A stretch of 63,646 bases of DNA, counting the filler, from Sluysia triapertura (taxonomy: Eukaryota), in assembly GCA_046118255.1 (NCBI GenBank). It is 5 parts of 5 records of this genome, joined end to end, with 100 filler letters (N's around TTAATTAATTAA, not from the genome) between each part and the next. Parts side by side here need not be neighbours in the genome. Positions count along the whole stretch, not along the records: positions 13,896 to 27,139 come from JBJNIA010050783.1; positions 27,240 to 38,593 come from JBJNIA010185613.1; 3 more parts are not named here. One strand, written 5' to 3'. The translations under genes were made by a program, and so were the position numbers. Shown piece by piece: positions 24,501 through 38,693 of this stretch. Position 1 is the stretch's first letter. Every line of letters starts with the position of its first letter. The notes beneath the pieces were generated by a model. It saw only the letters and a program-made list of their open reading frames with translations. It made no database searches and had not been told where the DNA came from.

Positions 24501-27139
24501 GTAGTTTTAATTTCAACAATGTGGTTAACTTTTATAATAATAATTTTAATAAAAATATAAAATAATAATAAAAATATTACAGTAATAAAATAGTATCAAT
24601 AATAAAATGCCAATATTAACATAGGACAAAAATAATAACGAATATTAGCAACAATAATAGTCGCATATTAGTAGCAGCACTGAAAATAGCAATTGTAACT
24701 TTATTTTAAGTTAAATCGTAAATGCAATATAAAGGTCTGAAGATGTATAATGGAAGTTATTGATGATAAAGATGTGAAAATTTAATACTTAGTGATTGCA
24801 TACAAGTTATTAGTGTTGTGTGAATGTTCGAAAGTATATTATTATGTGTGAAATGATGAATAAATGCAATCAATTTACATTATTTTCATTGACTAATCAA
24901 CGTTTGATAACATAAAACAACATCAACAATAATAATAACAATAGTGAAATTACTAATAAAAATATTACATTGGTAGGATCCTATTTTGTTCAGTCATTGG
25001 TTAATGCTGGATAAGGATTCTTTTAAAATTTGATCGACAAATTCTTACTAAATGATTATTTATGAATTAGTCGGAAATAAAGTAACACGTTGAAAATATA
25101 GGCGGTCATGAATCATGTTAGTCGTAAGTCACTACTAACTGTAATTATTTTTTGTTGTACATTATATCGGTAAAAGGATTACAATTTTAAATATAATTTA
25201 ATGTGTACCATAATGTGTAGAGTAAAATTTGAACTTATTACTTTATATAATGCAACTTTAAAATTAATTTATGCTTGTCAATAATTAATGATATTTATTT
25301 GCTATAAAATTGCTCTTAAATTTTATCTAAAATCTAAACTTTCACAATATTATATAACTTTTAGGATGTGTATGTCAATAATCTGTAACTTTTTTCGTCT
25401 TTCTGATAGAATTTTCTAAATACTTATAAAACTTTAAATAATATCGGAAGTCTTTTAATTATCAATATAATTGTTGTGAATTTAACTCGTCTCTGGTGTT
25501 ATAAATGGAAGTGCGAATAACAATGTATTATACTCAAGAAATGCGCAGCCAATTAATTAAAACTTTTCTAAAGTCGTGATGAAACAAATATAATTGACAA
25601 AAGTATAGATTTTAGTATTTGGTTTTATGTTCAGTTTAAATTTCAAATTAAATTTTTTATTTATATATTGTATTCTAAATTTTGCACATAAACAATAAGA
25701 TTCAATAATAATCTAATTCAAATATGTAAGTTCTGAATCAATCAAAACTAGTTATAACCCAGAGTGATCAATAGTTTCTTTCATTTCGCAAACCGAATTA
25801 CAATTACAATTAATCGGAATAATTTTCTTCAAACTATAAATTATACCTACTTGATATTTTCTTACTTGTAATTAATTTGAAAAATTGATGTAAGATTTTT
25901 TGTTAATTTCAGAAATTATTATTTTTGACCGATAATTTTTTTAATTATGTTATAATAAATTTTATGTACTCAATTTCTCTCTAATCTTGGTTTCATTATA
26001 TGGTAAATTTTGTTATATAATTATGTACAACACAATCACAGTCTACATATTTGCGTAAATGTATGGCCAATTTCGTCAATATAATAGTCAATTTTATTCT
26101 ATATTATAATTTTGGCCATAGAATCCCCTCACATCTCCATTGTTAAATTTATATTATTTATGTATACTAATACTTGTTCTTCATTTCTATTATATCGGTA
26201 TTATGTAGTTTGTATTATTTATTTTGTTTCTGTTCAGTTTACAGCATTTCTTCTCGCTAATTAAGTATGTTAATTCCTTCTGCTTTCGTTTTATTTTATT
26301 TTCTAAGTTTAATTTTATTTTTTCAGATTTTAAAGTTTTTCTTTAGGGCATTAGAATTCATGGCACAAAAATTATTTTAAATTATAATACTCTTGAGGTG
26401 AGTCCAACCTTACAATTAAACACAACAATAAAAAACTTAACAATAAACCACAAACAACAGCCGAAAGTTGTTAACATGCAAGCTCAATTAATAATCATTT
26501 ACTTTCACATTTTATATATTCTAACACTTAAATATTTACTTCTCCGTTTACACACATAAGCAATCCAAAATAAAATAATCAATATTGTTCTCACTTGTAT
26601 AATGTTATTATTGTCGTTATTGCTACCTTGTTTTCATCTATTATTAACGTTAGTAGTTTTATTATTACTATGATTATAATTTACATAACTTACTTCTTTT
26701 TGACAATGTTTTTTCTGCATATTTTAAGCTTTTATTTGCTTTCCTTCTTCATAAATGCTCATAAGTTCTTCCTTCCTCATCAGTGGGAATATGATAAACT
26801 CAAGATACATTTTAAATCTATTGATTAAACTATAACGAGAAAATATGTTATTATCGAAATCCCAGCTACGTTTACAAAATTTAAAAAAATATGCTTTAAA
26901 GTCATATTGTACATTTTGGATTTTTTAAAAATTAAATCTTAAATGCTTCTGTGGTGTTGCAATGATTTATCAGAAGTTAATCAGGCCTATTTTTACAATA
27001 CCAAAAGCCAATTAAAAAAATTCGCTTCTCATATTACTGTTGTGTCTTTTAATATTTTTAATCTTCCCAAATTATTAAATCAAAAATCAATAATTAAATA
27101 AACTCAAAACCTCAGTATATTTGATATAATATCAACGCT

Positions 27140-27239
27140 NNNNNNNNNNNNNNNNNNNNNNNNNNNNNNNNNNNNNNNNNNNNTTAATTAATTAANNNNN
27201 NNNNNNNNNNNNNNNNNNNNNNNNNNNNNNNNNNNNNNN
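27140..27239. other. Assembly gap with artificial linker
   Basis: N44-TTAATTAATTAA-N44. Confidence 0.97.
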
Positions 27240-27628
27240 AACCATTAATAAATTTTAGTAATTTATTCTAACATTCTTCGTTTCAAGTACAACTCAAATC
27301 ATTTCTTTTATCTTTAAAAATAAATATAATAAAGCTTTAGAGAATTCATTATATCAATATGAATCAAAAACGATAACTGATACGTACTATACCTCGTTAC
27401 CGTTGCTCCTTCACAGTATGTCATCTGTTTTTGTTTCTCTTTTTATCTTTTCTTATTTTTTTACTTATTGTTATGTAAGATCGCAAGAAACTAAAAGAAA
27501 AGATCGTGTAATTCCAAGATAAAGATTTATGCAAGTTTAAATTTAATTAATAATAATAGCAATATTATTATTGCTACTATTATTATTAATCATTCAATAA
27601 TTACGTAAAAATAAATTATTTTGTCGTC

Positions 27629-27820
27629 ACCATCATCAATATCGACACTTTATTCATTAGTTTTATTCGTATGTCACTATTGATGGTGGTTCAGTACCAC
27701 AAATCAATTAACAGCCAATGAAATCTGAATAATTTATAGACGATTTTGTCATACAGTGTATGAATAGTAAGTGAAGCATAGTAGATTCATGCATGATATG
27801 TAATAATTGTTTGTGATTGG
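27629..27820. promoter_or_regulatory. Hairpin element copy C with downstream CCAAT/ATTGG boxes
   Basis: ACCATCATCAATATCGACAC (27629-48) / ATGTCACTATTGATGGTGGT (27671-90) with a 22-nt spacer. CAGCCAATG at ~27712 and GATTGG at 27815-20. It precedes the WDR7-like ATG at 27891. Confidence 0.6.
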
Positions 27821-27890
27821 TTTTTCTATTTTTAATTGTACACAATTCATTTTTATTATTACTGATGTTTTAATACACTTAACATTGATT

Positions 27891-28193
27891 ATGACAGGTA
27901 TAACGAAATCATTAATAGTACCAATGGCTATATCGCCGAAGCATCCTCCGAAACTTAATATAACGAAAATTTTACACATTCCATCTTCCAAATTTGTTGT
28001 CACTGCTTCCGATGTTGGACATATGGTTGTATGGAAATATTGTGATACGTTTTCAAAAGTTGTACCAGAGTATTATTTTATTGGTCATCGAGGAAACATA
28101 TCTCATTTGATAATTGTTTCTGATAAAAAAATTAGTCATATGCAATACGTAGTGACATTTTCGCATGATCTTTTTCAGATTAACTACATTTAA
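27891..28193 (+). pseudogene. WDR7: Truncated 5' end of WD40 protein WDR7/WDR72 (rabconnectin-3 beta-like)
   Basis: MTGITKSLIVPMAISPKHPP...VVTASDVGHMVVW...YFIGHRGNISHL...QYVVT parallels the WDR7 N-terminus (SLVLPIVLWG..P...IVTG..DGQICLW...LFGHTASITCL...QYIVS). Similarity stops at about 28170 with a nearby stop codon. Confidence 0.7.
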
Positions 28194-28223
28194 CCAGAAC
28201 CTTCTATAAAGACAGATTTCTCA

Positions 28224-28940
28224 ATGCAAGAACCGACAACAGTTCAGAATACATTTCGTCTCATAAGTACTATATTACAAAATTCAAATCGTCTTCATGA
28301 TAATAATTTGTACTTCGGTTATCCATATTTATTAGTTACATTATACGAATCGATTCAATCTCTTAATTTAGCAAATTATTATGGATATAATACCCATTCC
28401 TCATTTATCGTTTCTCTAACGACGTTGCAAGTGGAAAAAGTCAAACAAGAAATAAGTTGCATTAACAAAGAACGATCATCATATAATGATCTTGTCTTCC
28501 TACAATCAATCGTAGATAGTTATACGAATTTATCATTAGAAATGGTTTATATGTCACACTTTCGAGTTACGTATTTTGTCAAAGTTGATAGTGATGTCCT
28601 TCTCAATGATCAACGATGTATCAATATAAGTAATGACAATTTACTCAAGACGCAAAATATTCAACTTATAATTAGTAACTTAAAAGTTAACGTGGTAGTG
28701 ACTAGAAATGTTGAATCAAAACGATACTTTCCCTATAATGCTTTTGATGAATCAGTATTCGAGAATAATGCATTATTCTATTTAAGATGTTTCATGCATG
28801 AATTTAACCAGAGTGAAGTATTTAACTTGCATAATGATTATGACAAAAGAAACCGGAATCAATATGAAATCAAACAGTATCCTTATTTTAGTAAATTGCT
28901 ACTGAGCAGCTTAATAAAGAATGAAGTGATCTGGAGTTAG
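28224..28940 (+). pseudogene. Beta-1,3-galactosyltransferase (GT31/Galactosyl_T) fragment
   Basis: ERSSYNDLVFLQSIVDSYTNLSL, YFVKVDSDVLLN (DxD motif), TRNVESKRYFP. No N-terminal TM anchor and no C-terminal GT31 motifs are visible. Confidence 0.75.
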
Positions 28941-30379
28941 TTAATAAAATCTTTTGTGAAATTGAATCTACTAGTGTAAGCTTTAATTTCATATATGTGT
29001 TAACTTTTATTTTAGTTCATATGTTTCGTATCCGGATTAGTGAAGCCCAACAGTGTTGTCTGAATCAAAAAGGGTCTACAAAAAAAATAAAGGGAGAAAA
29101 CAAAATCTTTAATACTAATACGATTCACTTTTATTCAAAATTCACAACATTAAATGTTTTATTAATAAAATTTTGTATTACTAATTGTGAAACCTTTTCG
29201 TTCTTTGTAAATGAGAAATTAAATTTTTTACGTTTCATGGAAATTAATGATGGTAAATCTTTTAATAATTTTAAAATTCAATTTGTGATATGAAGGGTTG
29301 TAAACTGTTAAAAAATCATAAAATGAAGGAGACTCAGTGTTTAAATAACAAAAGAGAAACATTGACGAGCTCCAGTGTAGTTTTATATATAATTCTTTTA
29401 AAGTGTAGTAGTAGAATGATTTTTAACACGTTAAACTTCTTCCACGAGCTGATTCAAAACGAACGTATTGACACGTATGTTATTTTCTTATTTGAACAAT
29501 ATATTAAACTAGTATTGAGGTATAAAAATGAAAACAACTATAAACGCCACAAAGATGTATACCCCATATTTATAACAACAAATTCCATGATGAAGTGAAC
29601 CAGATTGGGCATAAGAGTTTCTTATTCATAGATCAATCAAGGCGAGTAAAACCAGCTAACAAATTTTGTATATATAAGTGTAATTCCTTTAATGAGTGTA
29701 ATTTCCTAATAAACGAGTTTGGAACTCCATAAATATTTCAATAGTTACAAAATAAAATCGTGTGTTAAATTTTGTTGTATTTAAAAATTTGAAAGTTGAT
29801 AAAACTTTAATATTCTAAACTAGGCTAGAACTTGTTAAAATGATTAGTCTGCTTTTATCAATTTATTTATAAATCATTATATTGAATTACATAAAGACTG
29901 TAATGACTCTGATTTCAACATGAACAACTTGAGAATTCTTGTGCGTAAACGAATTACAGATATCCTACCAAGTTCATATAAGTTAGATGTAAAACATAGC
30001 ACAGGATCTGATGTCGTCAATGGACGAAACCGTTATACTAACAATATTTATTTTGAGGTAAACTTTGAAATTATTTTTATTGAACTAGTTTATATGATCG
30101 ATTTTTGTTTTAGGACTTATAATGTTGATTCCCTAATAGCATGTCTCCAGTTCAAGCTGAAACATAAATTCGATAAACAATTATATATTAAAAATTTGAT
30201 GTTTTTTATATATTTAAATGTATATTCGATTATTTTCATTTAATTTTGTTTTGTAACAAAAATTTGGATTATATAATAATTTTAACAATTAAAAAAAATT
30301 TAAATTTAATAAACATATCATATCTAAAATTTTATCCTTAAGTCTTTATGTTTCTTATTCTTAATCATCTTTACACGAA

Positions 30380-33300
30380 CTTTCGCTTAATTTAGCATAT
30401 TATTTGGTACCTTGCGTGTGGAATATGAATTGTTTGATGCTGGAATATTTGCAGGGATTGAGTATTCAAGTACATGGTACACGATATATAAGGGATTATT
30501 TAGTTATTTCTAAATGTGTGATAAATGAATTTAAGTTGTCAAATGAATTGGGTATTGTAAAACCTAAATTTCTTCTATGAAACGGTGTTGTTTATTGTTA
30601 TAGAAGCGTGTAGATCTTTGATAAATTCCTTGAATATGTTCTCATCTTGCTTTAATATGGAATTCATGTGAATTGTTTGCGTGCAGCATGAACTTGCCAA
30701 GTGTAACGTTACTGTTGTATGGTTAAGGTCAGAATATTAAAGATTTATTACGTTCTGATTTATAATAATTTTCGAAAACATGAGCTGAGCCATCACAATA
30801 TTAAATAGAGTAATGGGAATTCAAAATATTTGTAAATGAATTCATCCAAATTGATTATATTAAAAATTAATGATATTATGAGCACGTATTAACATATTTG
30901 GTATCTTAATATATAACTTATCATGTAAAATATTAATTCGGAAAATTTTATAAGATAACTCTAAACTTTGGTCTGTCATCCAACCACTACCTAGCTCTGT
31001 GTATTGAATCTCTTATTGAATCTGTTTTTTGAATCTCTTACGAAATTTATAAAATCATTATCAAACACCTTAGCCGGTTTAATTACATACAAACTTTAGT
31101 AATACAAATTTTGATAATTAAAGACAAATTACATATTTATTAACGCAACACTTATAAAAATTATATAACTACTTTTGTGTAAATAACGTAGGTATAATGC
31201 CAAATATTTTAAATACACAGAATGAATGTTACGATGATGAATTATGCTTTTATAATTTTTGGTACAGTTTTGGTATTATTTTTAACTCTAGAAATAACTC
31301 GTTAGAAAGCTTCTAAATACTCTACAAAAAATTTTATTTCATTCGCGCCATAATAATTGATGTACATGTTTCATTAAATACATATTTATTGTTTTCGCTT
31401 TTTCGTTCAATTCAACTTAATTGATACTAAGTTTATATCATGAATTGGATCACACCAATTGTCCACATTAATACATAATTATTAATACATAATTTTTAAT
31501 TAATAATCTGTTTTCTTTATTAATAAAATTTTCTAAAATATGGAATAAATTCATTTTATATTTTTTCGGCCAAATTTTTTGTTTATACGAATAAAGACAA
31601 TTAAAACACGAAAATGTATTAACGCAAATATTGATAATACAACCACAATACATAATTGTCCAGAACATGTTAGTATATTTTGAATACTTTTTCCATTGAA
31701 ATGTACAAGCCTAGCAATTTGAATTTTGATAAAACCAAATGGATCAAATATCAACACATGCAGATTTCCCATAAATTTCAAGCAAATGTTCACCATCTAA
31801 ATTATTTGTATGTGTATTTACAATGTAACTACCTTCATCCAAATATGGAATTTTATCCATTCGGTACGCACATTTAAGCTCATTTTCAAGTAGAGCAATA
31901 CTCATTTGATTATTTTCTAAAAAAACTAATTAAAATATAATAAAAATAAACTTATTTTTATTTCATTATCGAATACATTATCAAAACTTATGGTGGTTCT
32001 TCTAATCCATTAGAAATTAAGGTCGAATCTCAAAGTTCCTTCTTGTAAATGTTTTTATAGATATCAAAATCAGGTACAAGTACAAATGTAAAATGATATT
32101 CTAGATTGAAATCAGACTTTACTATTCCATTGTTTATCCTAAATTTCTAATAAATGATTAACGACTGTGTGCATATTATCAAAATTCACGGTATACATTT
32201 CTCGATAATCTGTGTTTCAACCTAGACTAATTGATTCAACATTACTATGTGCAAAACTTGATGCATCTTTTTAATAGTTCCATTAATTGTATGTGTAGTT
32301 TGAAACCAAGACAAATTCCGGTAATCATGAATCACAAAAAATCTGACACTTCCAAAATCCAAGTTGTTGCTGGCTTACAAGTTTAATTTGACAAATTAGA
32401 TATATTTCATTTGATTTTTATAAACCTAATTCACGTCCAACTAATTCTATGGATCAACTTTAACTCGCTCAAGGTTATAAAAGCAACATTATAAGTACCA
32501 GTAGTAGTAGTAGTAGTAGTAGTAATAATAATAATAATAATAATAATATAGTCACTTTCTGATTCTTGCATGTTAAATTCTACATCTTCATCATTATTAT
32601 TTATTTTATTGACAGGATAAATATCGACAAAAGCTGTATTTTGTATAATAACTTAAGGACTATCAAAAATGCATAGTTCAGTTTTTTCAAACTTATTGTT
32701 TATCAATAAATATAGTTCCATTTATTTTGTTTGCAGTTTTTCGCCTTTTGGTTGATTAGGACATTATATCCGTTCCAGTAAATGTTTTAGCTACTTCGGG
32801 TACTATTTAACATTTTCAGCAACTGCTTATGCCTCTTTTGCTTCGTTTATAAAATTTATTTTAATAGATTCAACTAATAATGTTTCATTATCTTCTGCGC
32901 ATCTATCTAAAAATCGTCCAATTAGCTAGCTGGTTTCCGAGTTATAAAACCATCCATTTGCGATTGACTGTAAGCTTCAAAAATTTCAGGAATCATTGTA
33001 TTTTGCATAAATGAATAGTTGACCTTGTTTTACTTCCGCATGCAAAAATAAATTGGTTGTCCGGAATTATCACGATACTATCTTCTGTGAGTAAATCGGA
33101 TTTTTTATTATTACAGTAACTGTCTCATAATTTTCATATACTTTAGAATTTGCTATCCAAATTGATCTCAATAATGGTACTTTTTTGTTTCCAGCATAAA
33201 TAGGTTAAATTAAATTCAAGTAAATGTACCTGTGATTCATCGCTTAATTCAGTAAAGGAGTTATCAAATCTATTAAAACTAAATCATAAACATGCTGATA

Positions 33301-33560
33301 AATCTTCTAATTATTAAACTAATTGCATTATGATCATCTTTAAATTGTAAAACTATTTTATTATTTTCTAATTCAGATTAAATTGCATCGACGAATTCTG
33401 TAAAGTTTTACAAATAGTTTTTATTAAAACATTTATATTATTCAATTTCAAATTCAGCTGAAATACCAAACGCTTTTAACCAGTACTCGCGATACGCATT
33501 CTTATTTTGAAAATCTAAATTCAAGATTAAATTTCTCAATGGATAATAATTTCATTTCGT
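30380..33560 (-). mobile_element. Possible decayed LTR-retrotransposon (gag-pol) relic
   Basis: Long stop-riddled, coding-like minus strand with faint echoes only (VPLLRSIW, cf. the protease-end LLGRDW; SYSTRKVP near the 3' end). Confidence 0.2.
32500..32547. repeat. Compound (GTA)n(ATA)n microsatellite
   Basis: Direct reading of the sequence. Confidence 0.9.
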
Positions 33561-36399
33561 TTTTGTTCGGTCAATATAAATGATTTTTTTACTATTTCAT
33601 TATTTTCCATAAATGCTGTAATTATAAGTTTGTTGAAGTATTGTATTTTATCCATTTTTCTACATCACATGATTTATCAATAGGTTTATTTTTCTCATCA
33701 AAGAACACATTAATGTTAGAGGTAATGGTAAATTCTGACCACATGACATTGTTTTGTAAAATATTTTGTTTTGTATAATTATGCATAATTATATTTGTTT
33801 ATTTAGTCATTAACATTTCGTTGGTATAATATTTATACTTTTTTTGTACAATGAATAAATGCATCATTAATACAAAGGAGCTAATAATTTAAAATGATAT
33901 AAAATAATATTTTATACCTCAGACCCATGACAAAATAAAAAAATATTTGAAAAGATATTTCTAAAAAATCACATAAATAAAATTGTGCTCATTTCTGTCA
34001 CATTTTCGATCTTCTTTAACAATTATAAACTACCTACGCAATGCTTTCCATACCTAGACAAATTAAAATTAAAAATTAATAAAAATTTACATTCATTAGG
34101 ACTCTCAGTGAGTCCGATATATATATATATTCGTCAAGTGTGAAGACTTCTAATGGGTCGACATTGTTTTACAGCCTCAAATTACCCGATAATTTATCGA
34201 TACTCAGCGACACTGTATAGCTTATCCATTTCGACAGAATTTCGGAAAACAGCAATATACTTGTTGTAACGAAGATCAATTTATAAAATTTAATAAAATG
34301 ATTTTTTAAATGCACTAATTTATATACTAATTTTTTTACTTGAAATTATCCAATTATAAATGATACCAAATTGCATTTTTTAATACCAAACACAACTTTA
34401 CCACTATCAAAAATATTTACACACGAAGTATTTTATTTCAAAATACGCAAAGCAGGAAAAACATGCATTGGTTGATGCTTTTACAAATTAATTGATTAAT
34501 TTGAATGTAATTGTTCATAATTGTATGCAATTCATTTGGATTCTGATATGATATGAAATATATTTTAATGCTTTCTTACAACCTATCTTTTAATTTCATA
34601 ATGTTTTGACTTCCAGTGATTAAAATTTTAAATAACTAATATCATTTAAAACCTTTGTAATTAACATGACGTTTAAAATGAAGAAATGATTTCTTTTGTA
34701 CCTATTTACATGCGCATAAAGTTTTCTATCCACAAATATTAACAAAGAAATTACTAATTTATTTGTTCTACTTGGAACAGAAAATTTTTCCTGTCTATGG
34801 CATGAACGCTAAATAATTTGTGTACAAAAATGAGGCTCATTTATGCAATATCTTATATTTAAGTTGATAAAATATCAATTTTACCAAAATCGTCATCCAA
34901 TGGCCAAGAAAATTTTTCTGACGATATAAATACATTATATACAGAATTAGGTAATCTGACCATTTCATTTGTATAATATGAAATACAAATATACAAAAAA
35001 CCTAAAATGTTTATCTACAAAAAGATGTACTTTACAAATTCAAGTTATGTGAAATTTGGGAAACAATTTATTAAAATGGATTTTTGGATCTGCTCGGAAA
35101 TTTACATAGACATTACGAAAAACAGTTGATACAAGCAGGATTGCGATTGCAGAAATACTATTTACTAAGAAATTCTAATAAAATAAAATTGAAATTTTTA
35201 ATCAATTTAAAGTCTTTAATAATTGTAACTAATTTTTATTACATAATTGTTATTTAATATATAACATATATATTATATATTGCATTATAATTTTATTCTA
35301 ACCGTAATTATTTTGTTAATGAGTTCTTTTAATGTAATTAATTAGTTTTTACCAATCATCGAAAGATATTTAATACTGTTTAAGTGCTTAGAATACATAA
35401 TTCATCATAATACTTTGCACTTTAAATACACCAGAGATTTCCAGTAATTTAAAATTTTCCGTTAACAAGTTATAAATTTTTGAATAGCCTTGTTAAGTTT
35501 TATTTATGTCTATAATAGCTTCTGTATAATTTTTTATTATTTTCCAGCGTGACTACTTGTTGGATTCTGATGAACCGGACGCAGATAAATATGAACTCAG
35601 CCAATGGTTTTAATTGAGAGTTAATTTTATAGTTAATTAATTTTATTAATTAAGATGGACCCAAATAATCGAAGTGACATTATAATTGCGGTGGCTCACT
35701 TCAAAACTTATAATTTTATTAGTAACAAAGTCAATCAAACACAAATCATTTTTATCGTGAACAGCTTTTCATTATACATATTCCATACACCTTTATATAT
35801 TTAATGTCATGCTATATTTGCTACTTTTCATTTCAACCATACGTCTAATTTAGTTTATAAACAATTAAAAGAACTTCAATATCTTTCCGTAACATGATTG
35901 CAATAAATATTGTTATTCACTAAGCAAAGTTTCATTAGGATGTTCAATAGTCAAGAACAAAAGAACTTGAAATATTACAAGTATTTCAAAATAATAATTA
36001 TTATTAATATTATTTTTAAACATTTTAATCTAACATTAACAGCATCATTATCAATACCATAATCATTATTGACAATGTAGCAACCATCAAATCTAGTTAC
36101 CATATAGTAACTCTGCTGCCTACCTAATGAAATGTGAATTTGCTACAACAGCTGCCAGTTCAGATTTCGTTGGAGAAACTTAATTAAAAATAGCAAATAA
36201 TTTTTATGATCTCACAAAAAAATTAAAAAAGTGAATAAAAATTATTCTTATTAGATCTAGACTAAAATACCAAGTATTTTTATTCTTGAGAACTCTTTTT
36301 ATATGCTGAGATTTTTTAATAAAGATATAAATTCACACATTGATCATGTTTAACATTTTAGTTTTAATTTCATATCAAAAAATAAAGAAGCACTTCAAC

Positions 36400-37100
36400 A
36401 CTTTGCTTCACTGTATAATCAATCCTGAATTAAACAAGCATGTCAAGAAAGTTCAGCGTAAAACTACCGAAAAGACAATACCACTATTCCTAAAAACATC
36501 AATAAAATTTAAAGTACAAGATGAATTGAAACCTAACGAGTCGACGTTTAAAGAAAAAAGTTTTGTCATAAAAGATACTAGACTGTAAAATTGAGAATAA
36601 ATTAAACAAAGCTTAAAAACAAGAAATACAGATCATGTCGTCACTACCAGCGTTCGATTCAGTTTCTACTTTGATCGCAATAGATTGTGATCCACTATGA
36701 CTGACATGTCATTACAAAATTAGTCGAATAATTTTCATATAATTATAAGTTAGATACAATATCATAGAAAATACTTACGATTCAAGATCTTTAAGCAATT
36801 ACGTAATGCACCTGGCAGAATCTAAGAAAAATCTTGATTACTTTCTTGAACAATTACTAGTAATTGACCTACCTTTGAATAACGGAAAACAAAAACTTTA
36901 GATCCTAGCCATTCAATAAAACATTGCTTGAACCATCCCTACAACTTAATAACGTTATTGTGATTGAATTATATTTTCTAAAACACACGAATATCGCAAA
37001 ATCTAAATAAGACTACCGTATTCCAACTGAAATTGCTCCATTAAACACTGTATAAATCAAAAACGAATTTTTAGATAATATTATTTGTCCAAATTCAACG
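36400..37100 (+). mobile_element. Possible Ty3/gypsy reverse-transcriptase relic
   Basis: IPLFLKTSIKFKVQDELK resembles the PxFxKxRxVP...KVxxEL segment that precedes gypsy RT. Downstream sequence is heavily disrupted. Confidence 0.3.
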
Positions 37101-38103
37101 TTTTTATGCACAAAGTTTATTGTTTGCGCCAAAATCACTTTACTAAGTCTTTTATTCTGATTGTACATGTAAAGATGTATTTTATGTTAAAGGTGTATTG
37201 TTATGTTTTGCTTTATTAAAAGTTTATAAATATTATATTAGATTAAAAATAAAAAATATAAATTAAAAAATAAAATATAAAATAAATTAAAAAATAAAAA
37301 ATATAAATTTTGAAAATATAAATATAAAGCTTGTTTACATTAAATAATTTATTTTTAGATTTAGGAAATTTATTTTAATTATAAAGAAAAATTATTTTTA
37401 GATTTTAAAGAAAATTATTTTATAAAGAAAAATATTTTAAAGAAAAACTTTTTAGACGAAAGTAAGTATAAATAAGACAGCATAAGACAATTTTAAACAA
37501 GAAGAAAAATTTTTTGTTGTAATCAAGATCCAGATTCTGTTTTAAAATCTTAATGATGTCCATACAAATTATCAAGTAATTTTTTATTTTTGAGGGAATA
37601 TTAAAATCTTAGGTAAATTCATTGTATTTTATTCGTACCAACACCTTAAATAGGGTTTCATTAGTTAAATTCATTAAATTCGTTTCATTATTTACTTTGA
37701 GTCTAAAATTCTAGTCGATTTAGAACGTCGTATAACTAAATATGCCGTTAAGTAAAATTCTTATTTTGCAACAACACCTTAATAAAAGGGTTGTGTAATA
37801 TAAATAAAATATCATTTTTTTGATACAACATCTCAGTAAGGGAGTTGTGTAACTTATTTTTCTCAACAGTTAAGTCAATAGATATAGAGGATGATGAGGA
37901 ATACAGGAACTTATATGCAGCAATTAATAACGGAAAAATGCAGAAGATATCAATGACGGATATATACAACGAGTTTTAGGAATTGAAATTTAATTTGAAG
38001 AAAATGTTTCTACGCCATAAGTTCGATATTTACTGTATTTATTTGAAACAATTATTCATCGGAAAACCACATCGCGTAAATAAAATAACACGATGTTTGC
38101 AAT

Positions 38104-38593
38104 ATGCATATAGACACTAAAAGAAATACAAGAAAAGTGCAAAATTTCGTACAAAATATAACAAATAAAGTTATAAACAATTGTACAACCAAGTTCAAAA
38201 CTAGCAGACTATTATCTAATGATACTATGAATAATGTTTTTACTTTAGTTCATAAGTTAATTATTATCTCGGTAATTCTTATAATAGTATATGCACTATG
38301 GATTATTTTACACATAGTTGACTTCAGTAAAAAACTACGAACAAACAATATTAATAAAAATTTGATACCTCTAACGCTAATGATGATAATCACTAGAGTC
38401 CAATGTAATACTTATAATGTACAAGTTTATAAATCCGAATACCTTGAATTCCAGAACTACGACACCGAAGTTAGAGTTAAAGTATTGCAAAACGATATTC
38501 AAGTCAGATTTTCATATTTAAAACCGGCACGACTTAATTTTACTTCATGGGCAGTACAACAATATTATATTAACGATAGAATAAATCCGATTG
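38104..38593 (+). CDS. Hypothetical membrane protein, runs into a gap
   Basis: At least 163 codons open. Hydrophobic segment LIIISVILIIVYALWIILHIV, a basic linker, then a second hydrophobic stretch LIPLTLMMII ending in VQC. Confidence 0.4.
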
Positions 38594-38693
38594 NNNNNNN
38601 NNNNNNNNNNNNNNNNNNNNNNNNNNNNNNNNNNNNNTTAATTAATTAANNNNNNNNNNNNNNNNNNNNNNNNNNNNNNNNNNNNNNNNNNNN
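38594..38693. other. Assembly gap with artificial linker
   Basis: N44-TTAATTAATTAA-N44. Confidence 0.97.

Noticed and set aside
28997-29640. Two ~100-aa ORFs as a hAT transposase relic
   Set aside because: Only a vague LLxH...RWL-like echo with no TIRs; not supportable.
34780-35160. Gypsy integrase zinc-binding remnant
   Set aside because: Similarity is too faint to distinguish from chance.
36056-36150. Fifth copy of the hairpin element (ACCATAATCATTATTGACA followed by GTAGCAACCA, as after copy A)
   Set aside because: Only a half-site; there is no matching right arm at the expected spacing and no clear adjacent gene.
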